Assembly (NCBI GenBank): GCA_963755715.1
Contig: CAVWLW010000065.1
Span: forward strand, 5,766 to 69,765
Direction: 5' to 3'
DNA: 64,000 nucleotides
DNA from: an uncultured delta proteobacterium
GTDB lineage: Bacteria > Desulfobacterota > Binatia > UBA9968
Positions 52,671 through 61,976 of the stretch are shown one piece after another (the stretch's first letter is position 1; every line of letters begins with the position of its first letter). The translations under genes and the position numbers were made by a program. The notes under the pieces were generated by a model, which searched no databases, was not told the DNA's origin, and was given only the letters and a program-made list of their open reading frames with translations.

Positions 52671-52779
52671 AGTGATCTCTCCATTCTGAAACTCGGCAGT
52701 AGCAGAGCGGCATAAAGCTGCTTCTGCACAAACCCCAGATGATTTAGCTTACCGAGTGGCGAAACTTCCCGACATGGGT

Positions 52780-53658
52780 TCACGCTTCGAGCGGAATCCA
52801 AATCTCCATTCCGCCCATACCGGTTTTGGGATTGAACTCTTCGGTGTAGCGCTCGAAGCACGGGGCGCTCGCCACTTTGAGCCCCGCTTGGGGCACCCAC
52901 TCGTTCCATATTTTGTCGATAGTATTGCCGATGGCAGAGACATTGTCCGGGTGCGTGAAGACCGCATATTCGCGGGCGGGGAGTCGTACGGTCGCGAACT
53001 CAGCCGGGAGTCCCTTGGCGTCCTTCACTTCGACACCCGAGAGATACTCGAATCCACGCCCCGGCGATACGTTCCAACAAACGCCGTAGGAAACTTGACC
53101 CATCTGTCCGGGGACCTTGCCGATTTTCGGGGCAAACCGTTCCCATTGTGCGGGAATCTTGGCCCGGGTTTCGAACGTGTAGCTCTCGTTCAAACCGGCG
53201 ACAACGATCTCCTTGGCATGCTCAAAGCGGGGTGCTCCGAGCCCCAGCGCCTGGGCGCGAATGCTGGCTTCTTGCCTGCGCAGTTCCGGCGTAAACTCGG
53301 CGCCGAAATCTTCCGCCTCGAAAAGTGGGCGAATCTCGACCTCGCCATCCTCGTTGTACGGATTGGGGCAGCGCTTGACCCACTCGATCGCCTCTTCTTT
53401 GGACTTGCACTGCCATAGCCAGTAGCCGGCGATCAGTTCTTTGGTCTCGGCGAAGGGCCCGTCGATCACGGTGCGCTGGCCGCCGGAAAACCTGACACGC
53501 GCGGCTTTGGAGGTCGGATGCAGTCCCTCCCCAGCAAGCATCACGCCGGCTTTCACCAGCTCTTCATTGAATTGGCCCATCTCGGTGAGGAGTCGCTCGC
53601 TCGGCATCACGCCTGCTTCCGAGTCCTTAGTGGCCTTGACCAAGATCATGAATCGCAT
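52780..53658 (-). CDS. YCII (DGPF) domain fused to a GyrI-like/AraC-effector-binding-like domain
   Basis: 292 aa. N-terminal MRFMILVKAT...VIDGPFAETKELIAGYWLW...EIRPLFE. C-terminal half (IVVAGLNESYTFETRAKIPAQWERF...EYAVFTH...MEIWIPLE) has the GyrI-like SHS2 pattern. Confidence 0.75.
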   Translation of the reverse strand: MRFMILVKATKDSEAGVMPSERLLTEMGQFNEELVKAGVMLAGEGLHPTSKAARVRFSGGQRTVIDGPFAETKELIAGYWLWQCKSKEEAIEWVKRCPNPYNEDGEVEIRPLFEAEDFGAEFTPELRRQEASIRAQALGLGAPRFEHAKEIVVAGLNESYTFETRAKIPAQWERFAPKIGKVPGQMGQVSYGVCWNVSPGRGFEYLSGVEVKDAKGLPAEFATVRLPAREYAVFTHPDNVSAIGNTIDKIWNEWVPQAGLKVASAPCFERYTEEFNPKTGMGGMEIWIPLEA

Positions 53659-53729
53659 CGTCGTATCTCCTTCTGTCTTTTTGATCGGCCGCGCCGTGGC
53701 TCTGGGGTTAAATCACTGCTGATATTCCT

Positions 53730-53758
53730 TAGTCGATCGGCTCGGCGCAAAATCGACA
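53730..53758 (-). promoter_or_regulatory. ECF-type promoter candidate B3 (TGTCGA-N17-CGACTA)
   Basis: Minus-strand read: GCTGTCGATTTTGCGCCGAGCCGATCGACTAAGG. The -10 lies 72 nt upstream of ATG 53658, just after the stop of the upstream YCII gene. Confidence 0.55.
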
Positions 53759-53763
53759 GCCGT

Positions 53764-54150
53764 TCACTCTGCGCCGGGCGTGTTAAGTCCGAGCGCGAGC
53801 GTCTGCGCATCCTCCGCGATCGGCCGCACCTCGACGCAGCCGAAGCGCGCGCCCGGGATCTTGGCGGCTACCCGGATCGCCTCGTTCAGATCCCTGGCCT
53901 CGATGACGTAATAGCCGCCGAACTGCTCCTTGGTCTCGGCGAAAGGTCCGTCGGTTGTCGACACCTTGCCGTCGCGCACGCGGACAGTGATCGCCGTATC
54001 GGCGGGGGTCAGCCGATTGGCGCCGATAAAGTGACCGTTTCTTTTGATGTCGGCCGTGAACTCAGCGTACTCCTGGAAGTGCTGCTCCGCATCGGCCGGC
54101 GCCATTTGCTCCATCACGGTCTCGGCGCAGATCAGGCAAATGAATTTCAT
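53764..54150 (-). CDS. YCII-related (DGPF) domain protein
   Basis: 128 aa. MKFICLICAE...TTDGPFAETKEQFGGYYVIEA. Confidence 0.88.
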   Translation of the reverse strand: MKFICLICAETVMEQMAPADAEQHFQEYAEFTADIKRNGHFIGANRLTPADTAITVRVRDGKVSTTDGPFAETKEQFGGYYVIEARDLNEAIRVAAKIPGARFGCVEVRPIAEDAQTLALGLNTPGAE

Positions 54151-54304
54151 CTCGTCTCCTTTTTTTGTCGAACGGCGTCAATCAACCAACGACCCACAGC
54201 CCACGTCGCCGGCATTTCGTCGTGGCCCGAGGACTTAGGGATGTTCAGGCGCGCTGGGAGCATCAGGATGGTCACGTTGATCTGCGAGAACCGGGTTTCT
54301 CACA

Positions 54305-54697
54305 TCATTCGCCCTTTGAACGGCGCCGCTCACTCTCGTGGATCATTTCGGTCAAGTCCTCAGCCGGCCGAATCTCGAAGGGTCCTGCCTTCACACCTGG
54401 ATGCTTCGACATCAACTGGATGGCGTGGTTAAGGTCTTTGGCCTCGAGCACGAGGATCCCGCCCAACTGTTCTTTCGTCTCGGCATACGGGCCATCGGTG
54501 ATGGACACCTTGCCGTTCTTCCATCGCAGCGTGGTAGCGTTCCCAGCGCCTTGGAGCGCTTCTCCACCAACAAAGTGACCTTTTTTTCGCAGCACGTCGT
54601 CGTAGGCGAAGCACTCATCGACCATGGCGTTCCGCTCGGTTTCGGACATCGTTTCCCACTTCTTCTCTTCCATGTATCCAAGGCATACGTATTTCAT
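54305..54697 (-). CDS. YCII-related (DGPF) domain protein
   Basis: ATG 54697 after aggagg ([14 protein letters not shown]...). [21 protein letters not shown]. The ORF-track start 54733 would abut promoter B1. Confidence 0.85.
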   Translation of the reverse strand: MKYVCLGYMEEKKWETMSETERNAMVDECFAYDDVLRKKGHFVGGEALQGAGNATTLRWKNGKVSITDGPYAETKEQLGGILVLEAKDLNHAIQLMSKHPGVKAGPFEIRPAEDLTEMIHESERRRSKGE

Positions 54698-54737
54698 AAT
54701 TTCCTCCTGATCGTATTTGATTGGTCGTTTCACCCTG

Positions 54738-54766
54738 TAGTCGTTCAGGCGAGCCCAGAATCGACA
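54738..54766 (-). promoter_or_regulatory. ECF-type promoter candidate B1 (TGTCGA-N17-CGACTA)
   Basis: Minus-strand read: GTTGTCGATTCTGGGCTCGCCTGAACGACTACAGGG. The -10 lies 41 nt upstream of ATG 54697, directly downstream of sigma-2. Confidence 0.6.
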
Positions 54767-54797
54767 ACGGGACTTTAGAAAAACTGCTTTCGCGGTC

Positions 54798-56072
54798 TCA
54801 GCCCGGCAGTTCGGCTAGACGCCGCTTCAGAAACCGCCGCTCCGGCTCCTGCTCCGTGAGGCTCAGCGCTCGTTCGTAGGAGGCTCGGGCTTCCGCGATT
54901 CGCCCCAACCGCCGGCAGAGATCCGCCCGCGCTGCATGGGCGAGGTGGTAGCCGGAAAGATCACCGCGTTCCAGGATCGCGTCGATCAGCGCAACTCCCT
55001 CAGACGGACCGTCGCGCATCGCCACCGCCACCGCCCGGTTCAGCTCGACCACGGGCGACGGCTCCGCCAGCGCTAGCAGGTCATAAAGCGCGACGATCTG
55101 GGTCCAGTCCGTGGCGGCGGCGTTGGCCGCATTAGCGTGCACGGCTGCGATCGCTCCTTGGACGGTGTATGGGCCAACCTGGTTTGCCGCCAGCGCCCGT
55201 TCCACCAGCGCTGAGCCCTCCGCGATCTGATCCCGGTTCCAAAGCGAGCGGTCCTGGTCGTTAAGCAGGATCAACTCCCCGCTCGACGATGTGCGCGCGG
55301 CGCGGCGCGAGTCGTGCAGCAGCATCAGCGCGAGCAGTCCCAGCGCTTCCGGCTCCGGCAGCAACTCCACAAGCAGCCGACCGAGGCTGATCGCCTCGCT
55401 TGAAAGATCGTGCCGCGTGAGTGCCGCACCGGATGACGCGGAATATCCCTCGTTGAACACGAGGTAGACGACCCGAAGCACGGCATCGAGTCGGTCCGGC
55501 AGCTCGGTCGCCGAGGGTACCTCGTAGGGAATGCGCGCGTTACGAATCTTTGCTTTGGCGCGGACGATGCGCTGCGCCACCGTGGCCGGCGATGAAAGAA
55601 ACGCGCGCGCAACCTCCTCCGTTGTCAGGCCGCAGACTTCGCGCAGCGTCATCGCCACTTGAGCGTCCGGCGACAGGGCTGGATGGCAGCAGGTGAAGAT
55701 GAGGCGCAGCCGATCGTCTTTGATGCTTTCGTCGTTCCACGCCTCGGGATCATCGGTGTCCGCCACGAGTCGCTTGTCGATATCGTCCGGCAACGGCGTG
55801 AATCGGCTGCGCCGGCGAATTGCGTCGATCGCCTTGAAACGGCCGGTCGACACGAGCCAGGCGCGTGGATTGGCGGGGACACCATCGCGCGGCCATTGCT
55901 CCAAAGCCGCCCTGAAAGCGTCGTGCAATGCCTCTTCGGCGATATCGAAGTCGCCGAGTAGGCGGATTAACGTGGCGAGGACGTGGCGCGAATCGGAGCG
56001 GTAGACGGCGTCCACCGTGTTGCGCGCGTGTTCAGGCGCGATGCCTAAGCCGGTTTGTGGGTCGCGATCCAT
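54798..56072 (-). CDS. ECF sigma factor with C-terminal TPR-like extension (COG4941 / ECF42-type), sigma-2
   Basis: ATG 56072 ([15 protein letters not shown]...). [17 protein letters not shown]...[50 protein letters not shown]. Long helical C-terminal extension. The ORF track extends to 56237. Confidence 0.85.
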   Translation of the reverse strand: MDRDPQTGLGIAPEHARNTVDAVYRSDSRHVLATLIRLLGDFDIAEEALHDAFRAALEQWPRDGVPANPRAWLVSTGRFKAIDAIRRRSRFTPLPDDIDKRLVADTDDPEAWNDESIKDDRLRLIFTCCHPALSPDAQVAMTLREVCGLTTEEVARAFLSSPATVAQRIVRAKAKIRNARIPYEVPSATELPDRLDAVLRVVYLVFNEGYSASSGAALTRHDLSSEAISLGRLLVELLPEPEALGLLALMLLHDSRRAARTSSSGELILLNDQDRSLWNRDQIAEGSALVERALAANQVGPYTVQGAIAAVHANAANAAATDWTQIVALYDLLALAEPSPVVELNRAVAVAMRDGPSEGVALIDAILERGDLSGYHLAHAARADLCRRLGRIAEARASYERALSLTEQEPERRFLKRRLAELPG

Positions 56073-56599
56073 AACATGTTGCCTCTCATTTAAGGTTAGC
56101 GTGGGGTAGCGACTCAGAGCGGAGAATCGCTTTGGCATTTTCCGCCCATCCGATCGCACTCTAAACTCTGCCAATTTTCTCGCAATCGGTGCCAAAATCA
56201 ATGAGGGAAAGTAAATTGGCGGCGAGGCGAGTCCCATGAAACGATAGAGGTCTTATCGAAGACAAACCAAACGGATTCGCAGCGCAACGATTTGAACGGC
56301 TGGAACGAATTAAACGACTGTTGTTTCAGCGCGCAACCAGCAACGTGGGATCTGCGCAGTGACCCGCCGATCCTCGGGTTCGGCGGCGCTTTCGAACACG
56401 ACTACCGATTTCCGCGCTCGGTGAGTAGATATTTATGAAAGTTAAAGCGCGGCGGCTTCCAGTCGTCGCCGCGAGTCAGGAAAGAGCCGGTTTGCGTTTC
56501 GCTGACGACCGAGGTCTTCGCAAACACGGAAACATGGTTGCCCTAGTAACCGGCAGAATCGCGCGATCTCCTGGTTCGATCCCGGCTCCTGGCCGCCGA

Positions 56600-57229
56600 T
56601 CACGGCTTGATGGCGGCGAAAGCTTCGGCGATGCGCGTCGGCGCATTTGGGCGGGCGTACATCCGCTTCATGTAGGTGAGCAGCTGCGGGCAATCGTCGA
56701 GCAACTGGTCCTCGTTGGCCCAGTCGAGCGTGTATGCCATCACAAAATCGGCGACCGTCACATTGTCGCCCACGATGAACTGCCGCCGTTGCATGTGCTC
56801 CTCTAACACAGATGCCATGGCCTTGAACTCCTGGCTGGCGGGGACCACGTCCGCCGGCAAGCGCTGCTCTTCCGGATACAGCATCGTGTTGCGAGCGATG
56901 CGCCAGAGCGGCTGCTCCAACTCCGTCGCCGCGAACAGAAGCCAGCGGTTGACCTGCGCCCGCTCCTTAAGGTCGGTGGGGATCAGGCCTTTGTTGGAAT
57001 ACTTGTCGGCCAAGTAGAGCACGATGGCCACAGACTCGGTCAACACGAGGTCGCCGTCGACGAGCACTGGAATTTTGCCTGCGGGATTGATCTTGAGAAA
57101 CTCGGGGCGCTGGTGCTCGCCGGCTAAGAGGTTGACGCGAATGGGTTCGAAATCCACGCCCAGCTCCTGGAGTGTCCAGCGCACGCGGATCGATCGGGTA
57201 GGGCCAAACTCGTATAGTTTCATCTTCAT
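56600..57229 (-). CDS. Glutathione S-transferase
   Basis: 209 aa. PEFLKINPAGKIPVLVDGDLVLTESVAIVLYLADKY. Confidence 0.85.
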   Translation of the reverse strand: MKMKLYEFGPTRSIRVRWTLQELGVDFEPIRVNLLAGEHQRPEFLKINPAGKIPVLVDGDLVLTESVAIVLYLADKYSNKGLIPTDLKERAQVNRWLLFAATELEQPLWRIARNTMLYPEEQRLPADVVPASQEFKAMASVLEEHMQRRQFIVGDNVTVADFVMAYTLDWANEDQLLDDCPQLLTYMKRMYARPNAPTRIAEAFAAIKP

Positions 57230-57297
57230 CGATACCTCCTTCTTCGGCCGCGCTTTGCGGCCGATCGCGATGTTTGAACCTAAGTTCTCGGCGAGCG

Positions 57298-57497
57298 CTA
57301 CGGCTTCAAGTCGATCGCGGCTTTGAAGCTGCCGTCCATGTAGAAGGGGACCGAGCTACGCTCATGTGTGATCGTCCACTTCCCGTCGATTTTACGGAAG
57401 CCGAGGGTCTCGCGAAACCACAAGTCCACGTTCTGTCCGTCTAGTCGTTGTTGCCATCAGCCACGTCATCTTCGATGGGTTTACTGGTTGCCGTCAT
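57298..57497 (-). pseudogene. Internally deleted remnant of an NTF2-like (SnoaL/DUF4440) gene
   Basis: MTATSKPIEDDVADGNND*, then in another frame DGQNVDLWFRETLGFRKIDGKWTITHERSSVPFYMDGSFKAAIDLKP*, a typical NTF2-like C-terminus. Keeps aggag RBS, ATG and promoter A4. Confidence 0.6.
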
Positions 57498-57533
57498 TTT
57501 TTCTCCTCTCTAGCTTTTGTCTCGTTTCATTAA

Positions 57534-57563
57534 TACGACGAACGAGAAAATACCCTCGGGACA
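57534..57563 (-). promoter_or_regulatory. ECF-type promoter candidate A4 (TGTCCC-N17-CGTCGTA)
   Basis: Minus-strand read: GATGTCCCGAGGGTATTTTCTCGTTCGTCGTATTAATGAAAC. The -10 lies 37 nt upstream of ATG 57497. The remnant and GST lie downstream. Confidence 0.6.
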
Positions 57564-57946
57564 TCATGCAGCGATTAAATTGTAAATCGCGTGCCAGTGC
57601 AAAGGCGGCAGCAAAAATAATTGCGACGTCGTTAGAAGCAAGTCCTGTATGGATTTTTATAATTGCTAATCGGAAAAATCCTTCAACTCAGCACTGCCAG
57701 TTTTTATTTTCCATCCTTTGGGGCGATGCGACGAGTTGAAAACTCCTTCATATTTAGTGTCTTCCAAATGACCTAAAAAATTCTAGGCTGTTGGCATATG
57801 CATTGCGGCTCTGCTGTCAGAAGATTTTCGGCCTTTCATCTGTGCGCAACCCCCAAGTAGTCACGTGTGTGATGATCCAAAGTAAACGGTGAATCGGTTG
57901 ATTAAACCGAAGGAAATGAAGATCTACAGAAAAGGAGGGCAAGACT

Positions 57947-58798
57947 ATGGCTGACCAAAATATGGCTGCCGAAGAGACCTTATTAGACGTCCGAGTAGCG
58001 GAGGCTTCCAAACTCTATAAGTTCTATCTCAACCAGGAGAAGTTGATTCTTGGAACCCTCTCCGTAAGTCTTTTTCTTCTCGTCTGGGAGCTGGTCGGAA
58101 ACGTATTTCAACTTATCAATCCGATGTTTATGAGCGCCCCATCGCTCATCTGGAAAGCCGCTGTGCAGCTATTCGGCTCGGGCGAGATTTGGAATGATCT
58201 TAGCGTCAGCGGCATCGAATTCGGGTGGGGATATTTCTTATCGATTTTTGTTGGTGTCCCCTTTGGGATCGCTATTGGTTGGTACAAGAAGTTCGCTTAT
58301 ATCTGTGATCCATTCGTCAACGCGATGAACGCAACGCCGCGGGTTGCGCTTTTGCCTCTGATCATTATCTGGTTGGGCATCGGCATTCTTTCCAAGATCG
58401 GAATTATTTTTCTCGGCGCGGTATTCCCCTTGATCATCAATACGCGAGACGGTGTGAAGACCACGCCTGTCAGTCTCCTCAACGCCGCGAGAAGCTTCGG
58501 TGCTTCGGAATGGCAGTTATTTAGAAGCGTGGTAGTGCCCTCGACGGTGCCATTTATCCTCACGGGATTGCGGTTGGCGATCGGCAGGGCGCTCATCGGT
58601 GTCATGGTTGGCGAGCTGTACGCCGCGACTGCCGGGATTGGATTCATGATCACAGTAGCCGGCGCGACGTTCCAGACCGACAAGGTTTTTGTCGGCGTCC
58701 TTATATTTGCGCTCAGCGGCATGATCGCTACGGATGTTATCGATAGGATAGAGCGGAGATTCGATAAGTGGCGACCTAAGGTAGGGTCGGATGAGTAG
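57947..58798 (+). CDS. ABC transporter permease, NitT/TauT (SsuC/TauC-like) family
   Basis: 283 aa after aaggaggg RBS. EAA-type loop LLNAARSFGASEWQLFRSVVVPSTVPFILTGLRLAIGRALIGVMVGE. Confidence 0.88.
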   Translation: MADQNMAAEETLLDVRVAEASKLYKFYLNQEKLILGTLSVSLFLLVWELVGNVFQLINPMFMSAPSLIWKAAVQLFGSGEIWNDLSVSGIEFGWGYFLSIFVGVPFGIAIGWYKKFAYICDPFVNAMNATPRVALLPLIIIWLGIGILSKIGIIFLGAVFPLIINTRDGVKTTPVSLLNAARSFGASEWQLFRSVVVPSTVPFILTGLRLAIGRALIGVMVGELYAATAGIGFMITVAGATFQTDKVFVGVLIFALSGMIATDVIDRIERRFDKWRPKVGSDE

Positions 58799-58888
58799 TT
58801 TCGGGGGTGAATCGCGAGGGGCCGTTTCATTTGCACATTGGTGTGAGGATGGAGACGTTGCTTCGGACGTTGGCAGCGCGGTGTCCGG

Positions 58889-59593
58889 TTATGGTGTGTG
58901 GGCTAGCTCGAGGAATTCCGCGGCCAGCTTCGGACCGATGCCTTCATCCTCGTGTTTGAAAAATACATACGCATGATCCCACGGCTGCGAGAGGATTCGC
59001 CCTTTCCAATTTAATAAATCGGCGCGGCTGTATTCCGAGCGCCGCAGCCGGACGTAGCCCCATGTTGCAGTGGCGATCAGATTAGAAGTTTCGCTCTCAT
59101 CCATTTCGGCCATACAGAGCGCGCAATTGTGCTCCCGTAGGGAGGCGAAGACCTCGTCATCGAACCAGGAAAGATGGCGGAACTCAAAAGCCACCGCTCG
59201 GTCTGCGGGCAAAATCGACAAGAAATTTTGCAACGTATCCAAGTTTTTTCGCAGATACGGCGGCAGCTGGAAGAGAACTGCACCTCTAGTCGAGCCCAAC
59301 ATTGTTTCTGCACGGAAAAGATATTCGACTTCGCTTGCCGCATCTTTGAGTCGTTTCACGTGGGTAATTTTCTGCGGCGCTTTAAGAACAAAGCGAAACT
59401 CGGCCGGCACCCGTTCGGCCCACGTCTGCAGCACGCTTTCTTTCGGCAGTCTATAAAATGTGTTGTTGATCTCGACCGCAGGCAGCCGCGCGGCGTAGAA
59501 TCGCAGCATCTCTTTCGCCGCGAGGCGCTCGGGATAAAAGTTTCCGAGCCACGCTTTGTAGCTATAACCGCTGGTCCCTACCCATAATTTCAC
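58889..59593 (-). CDS. DUF72 domain protein
   Basis: 234 aa. MKLWVGTSGYSYKAWLGNFYPE...VEINNTFYRLP...FEFRHLSW. Confidence 0.88.
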   Translation of the reverse strand: MKLWVGTSGYSYKAWLGNFYPERLAAKEMLRFYAARLPAVEINNTFYRLPKESVLQTWAERVPAEFRFVLKAPQKITHVKRLKDAASEVEYLFRAETMLGSTRGAVLFQLPPYLRKNLDTLQNFLSILPADRAVAFEFRHLSWFDDEVFASLREHNCALCMAEMDESETSNLIATATWGYVRLRRSEYSRADLLNWKGRILSQPWDHAYVFFKHEDEGIGPKLAAEFLELAHTP

Positions 59594-59797
59594 GGCCTCT
59601 CGCGCCTCCTGTCAAAAACCAAGATCCCGGATCTTGTGCTTGAATCATACCATCTACGGCTGCCGCTTTATAATCGGCGATCCCCATTCGGTCGCGTGTT
59701 ATTCCGGTTGGCGGCCGAACCCTTGCATAACACTCTAATCCATTAAACTGTTGTTTCCGACTTTACTTCACTAAACTAGCCGTTAATCTGAAGCGCT

Positions 59798-60650
59798 ATG
59801 GTTACGATAGTCTTTGCACTTCTCTCGGCGACTTTGTATGGCAGCGCCGATTTCCTCGGCGGCTTGGCGACGCGGCGATCTTCGGTGATGCCGGTGATGA
59901 TCTTCTCCCAACTTGCCGGACTGATCATGCTTCTCCTGGTGTTGCCGTTCTTGCCTCCCGCAACCGCGACCCACGCCGACTTCGCTTGGGGCGCGCTGGC
60001 GGGTGGGGCGCTCGGCGTAGGATTGATGCTTCTCTATCAGGGGCTCGCGACCGGTAAGATGAGCGTGGTCGCTCCCGTCACCGCCGTCTTGGCAGTTGTG
60101 GTGTCGGCAGTCGCGGGAATCGTGCTCGGAGATCGTTTGTCGATGGGCGCGTTCTTAGGCGTAGTGCTCGCCATCGGTGCAATTACGCTGATCAGTCAAG
60201 ACGGAGCGCAGAAGGCTACGAGGGAGCGAGGACTGGGCATCGCGCAAGGTCTTGCCTGCGGCGCTTTCAGCGGGGGTCTTGATCGGCGTGTTCTTCGCTG
60301 CGCTCAAACAAAGCAGCCCCACCTCCGGCCTGTTGCCGCTCGTTTCGGCGCGGCTGGCCGCGCTTGTCGTCCTCGGTGCCGTCACCTTCTGGCGACGGCC
60401 GCCGTTGCGCGTCGGTCGCGACGCGGTGTGGCTGATCATCGTCGGCGGCGCGCTCGACATCTTGGCAAACGTGCTCTATCTGCTTGCCACGCGTCTGGGC
60501 ATGTTGACCATCGCTGCGACACTGACCTCGCTTTATCCCGCGAGCACGATCCTTCTCGCGCGCTTGGTTCTCGGTGAACGGCTCCGCCGTATTCAAATTA
60601 CCGGCTTGGCGTGCGCAGGAGTTGGCGTCGCACTCATCGGCGCAGGCTGA
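59798..60650 (+). pseudogene. EamA/DMT-family transporter, frame-disrupted
   Basis: ORF 59798-60577 (first five TM helices, ...RERGLGIAQGL) and ORF 60252-60650 (PAALSAGVLIGVFFAALK...LYPASTILLARLVLGERL) form one 10-TM DMT protein. Shift near 60240-60256. Confidence 0.8.
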
Positions 60651-60769
60651 TGACCGAGGGTGTTCATGGGGAAATTTTTTGCCGACGCACGAGGATTGCC
60701 GCGTACGATTACATGATAAAGCAAGGCCCGGCGCAAACACTCTGGGCGCCTGCTGATGCTCTTTGAGAC

Positions 60770-61783
60770 TTACTTTAAAGGGACTTGAAACAGTCCCTTT
60801 TGCTCCAACTTGCGAACCGTTCGGTCGTCGATAAGATCTTCGGCGCGCAGCCCGCGAATCTTTTCGTTGCTCGCGCCTAGCAGTCGAATCGTATTGCGCA
60901 CGCCATCCGCGCTCGGATAAATCTTCTGCTCGTAAAGCGTCTTGATGACTTCATACCCTTCGGTTGTGTCCTCGGGTTTGGACAAGCGCAAGCCTTTTGC
61001 GAGGCTGCGCATGACCGCGGCCTTATTAGCCGGCTCCCGGATAAAGGCGATCGCCTCGACGATGGCGGTCAATACCTTCTCGGCGACATCGGGATATTGG
61101 TTCACAAAGCTGCGCCGGGCGAAGACCGTTGTGCCTTGATACGGAATACCCAAATCCGGCAAATCGGCCAAGACGCGATACCCTTGCCGTTTCAACGCCG
61201 TTGCGTAGGAATAGGTTGAGAGTTGCGTCGCGTCGATGGTGCCGGTGGTGATTGCTTGAGCGCGCACGGCATCGTTGCCGATCACACGGATGCTGATGTT
61301 GTCGCGCTTGGGATCGAGACCCCAATGTTCCAGCGCGAGCATCGTAAATACCCAATTGCCGCCGCCGATGCTGGTAACGCCAATGGTTTTGTTTTTGAGA
61401 TCAGCGGGCTTTCTGATATCGGGAGCCGTGACAATCGTGCCGGTCAATTTGTTCACCAAACCGGCGATGAAAGCGAGATCGAGCCCGCCAGCCATCGCGC
61501 CTAGAATCGCGCCGGACGTCGAGCCCGTATTGATCTGTGAGTCACCGTGCGCAATCGAAGCCAGTGCCACCGGCGCGCTAGCAACATAGACTAGATCCAC
61601 GTCGAGCCCCTGCTTGCGAAAGAGGCCTTGATCGCGTGCGACAAAAAGCGCGCCTTCGCGTTCGCTCAAGATCGCATAGCTGATCACGATTTTGCTTGGT
61701 GCTGCAGCAGCCCGAGAAGAAGTCGTCCAAAACGGAAACGCCAAAAGTGTTGCGATTAGAAATATCAAAGATGTTTTTGCCAT
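60770..61783 (-). CDS. ABC transporter substrate-binding protein, NMT1/NitT-TauT-like
   Basis: ATG 61783 (MAKTSLIFLIATLLAFPFWTTSSRAAA signal). ALFVARDQGLFRKQGLDVDLVYV. The ORF track starts at 61852. Confidence 0.75.
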   Translation of the reverse strand: MAKTSLIFLIATLLAFPFWTTSSRAAAAPSKIVISYAILSEREGALFVARDQGLFRKQGLDVDLVYVASAPVALASIAHGDSQINTGSTSGAILGAMAGGLDLAFIAGLVNKLTGTIVTAPDIRKPADLKNKTIGVTSIGGGNWVFTMLALEHWGLDPKRDNISIRVIGNDAVRAQAITTGTIDATQLSTYSYATALKRQGYRVLADLPDLGIPYQGTTVFARRSFVNQYPDVAEKVLTAIVEAIAFIREPANKAAVMRSLAKGLRLSKPEDTTEGYEVIKTLYEQKIYPSADGVRNTIRLLGASNEKIRGLRAEDLIDDRTVRKLEQKGLFQVPLK

Positions 61784-61976
61784 TCGCTTAGTTTGCCTCG
61801 TTCCTATCAAAGCACTGCGCGTCGCCTGCGAGCGGCGAACTTTTATGCTCATTCATCTTGTCTGCAATTTTGATTTTCGCAGCTTAACAGTTGGCGAGAA
61901 ATCTTGAAAGTCGTAAGTGACTTTGCAAGCGACCCTTGTGTCTTCTCGGATCTATTTTTTTCAATTTGTTATCAGC

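Noticed and set aside
52745-52774. Weak motif matches upstream of two YCII genes: TGTCGG-N17-TAAGCT here, and GGTCGT-N17-CGACAA at 54165-54193
   Set aside because: Each keeps only one of the two hexamers. This is not enough to call without TSS data.
56107-56140. Possible autoregulatory promoter of sigma-2 (AAGCGATTCTCCGCTCTGAGTCGCTAC on the minus strand)
   Set aside because: It resembles the 54738-54766 promoter candidate only after introducing gaps. The spacer is about 3 nt too short, and the TGTC and CGAC cores are both mutated.
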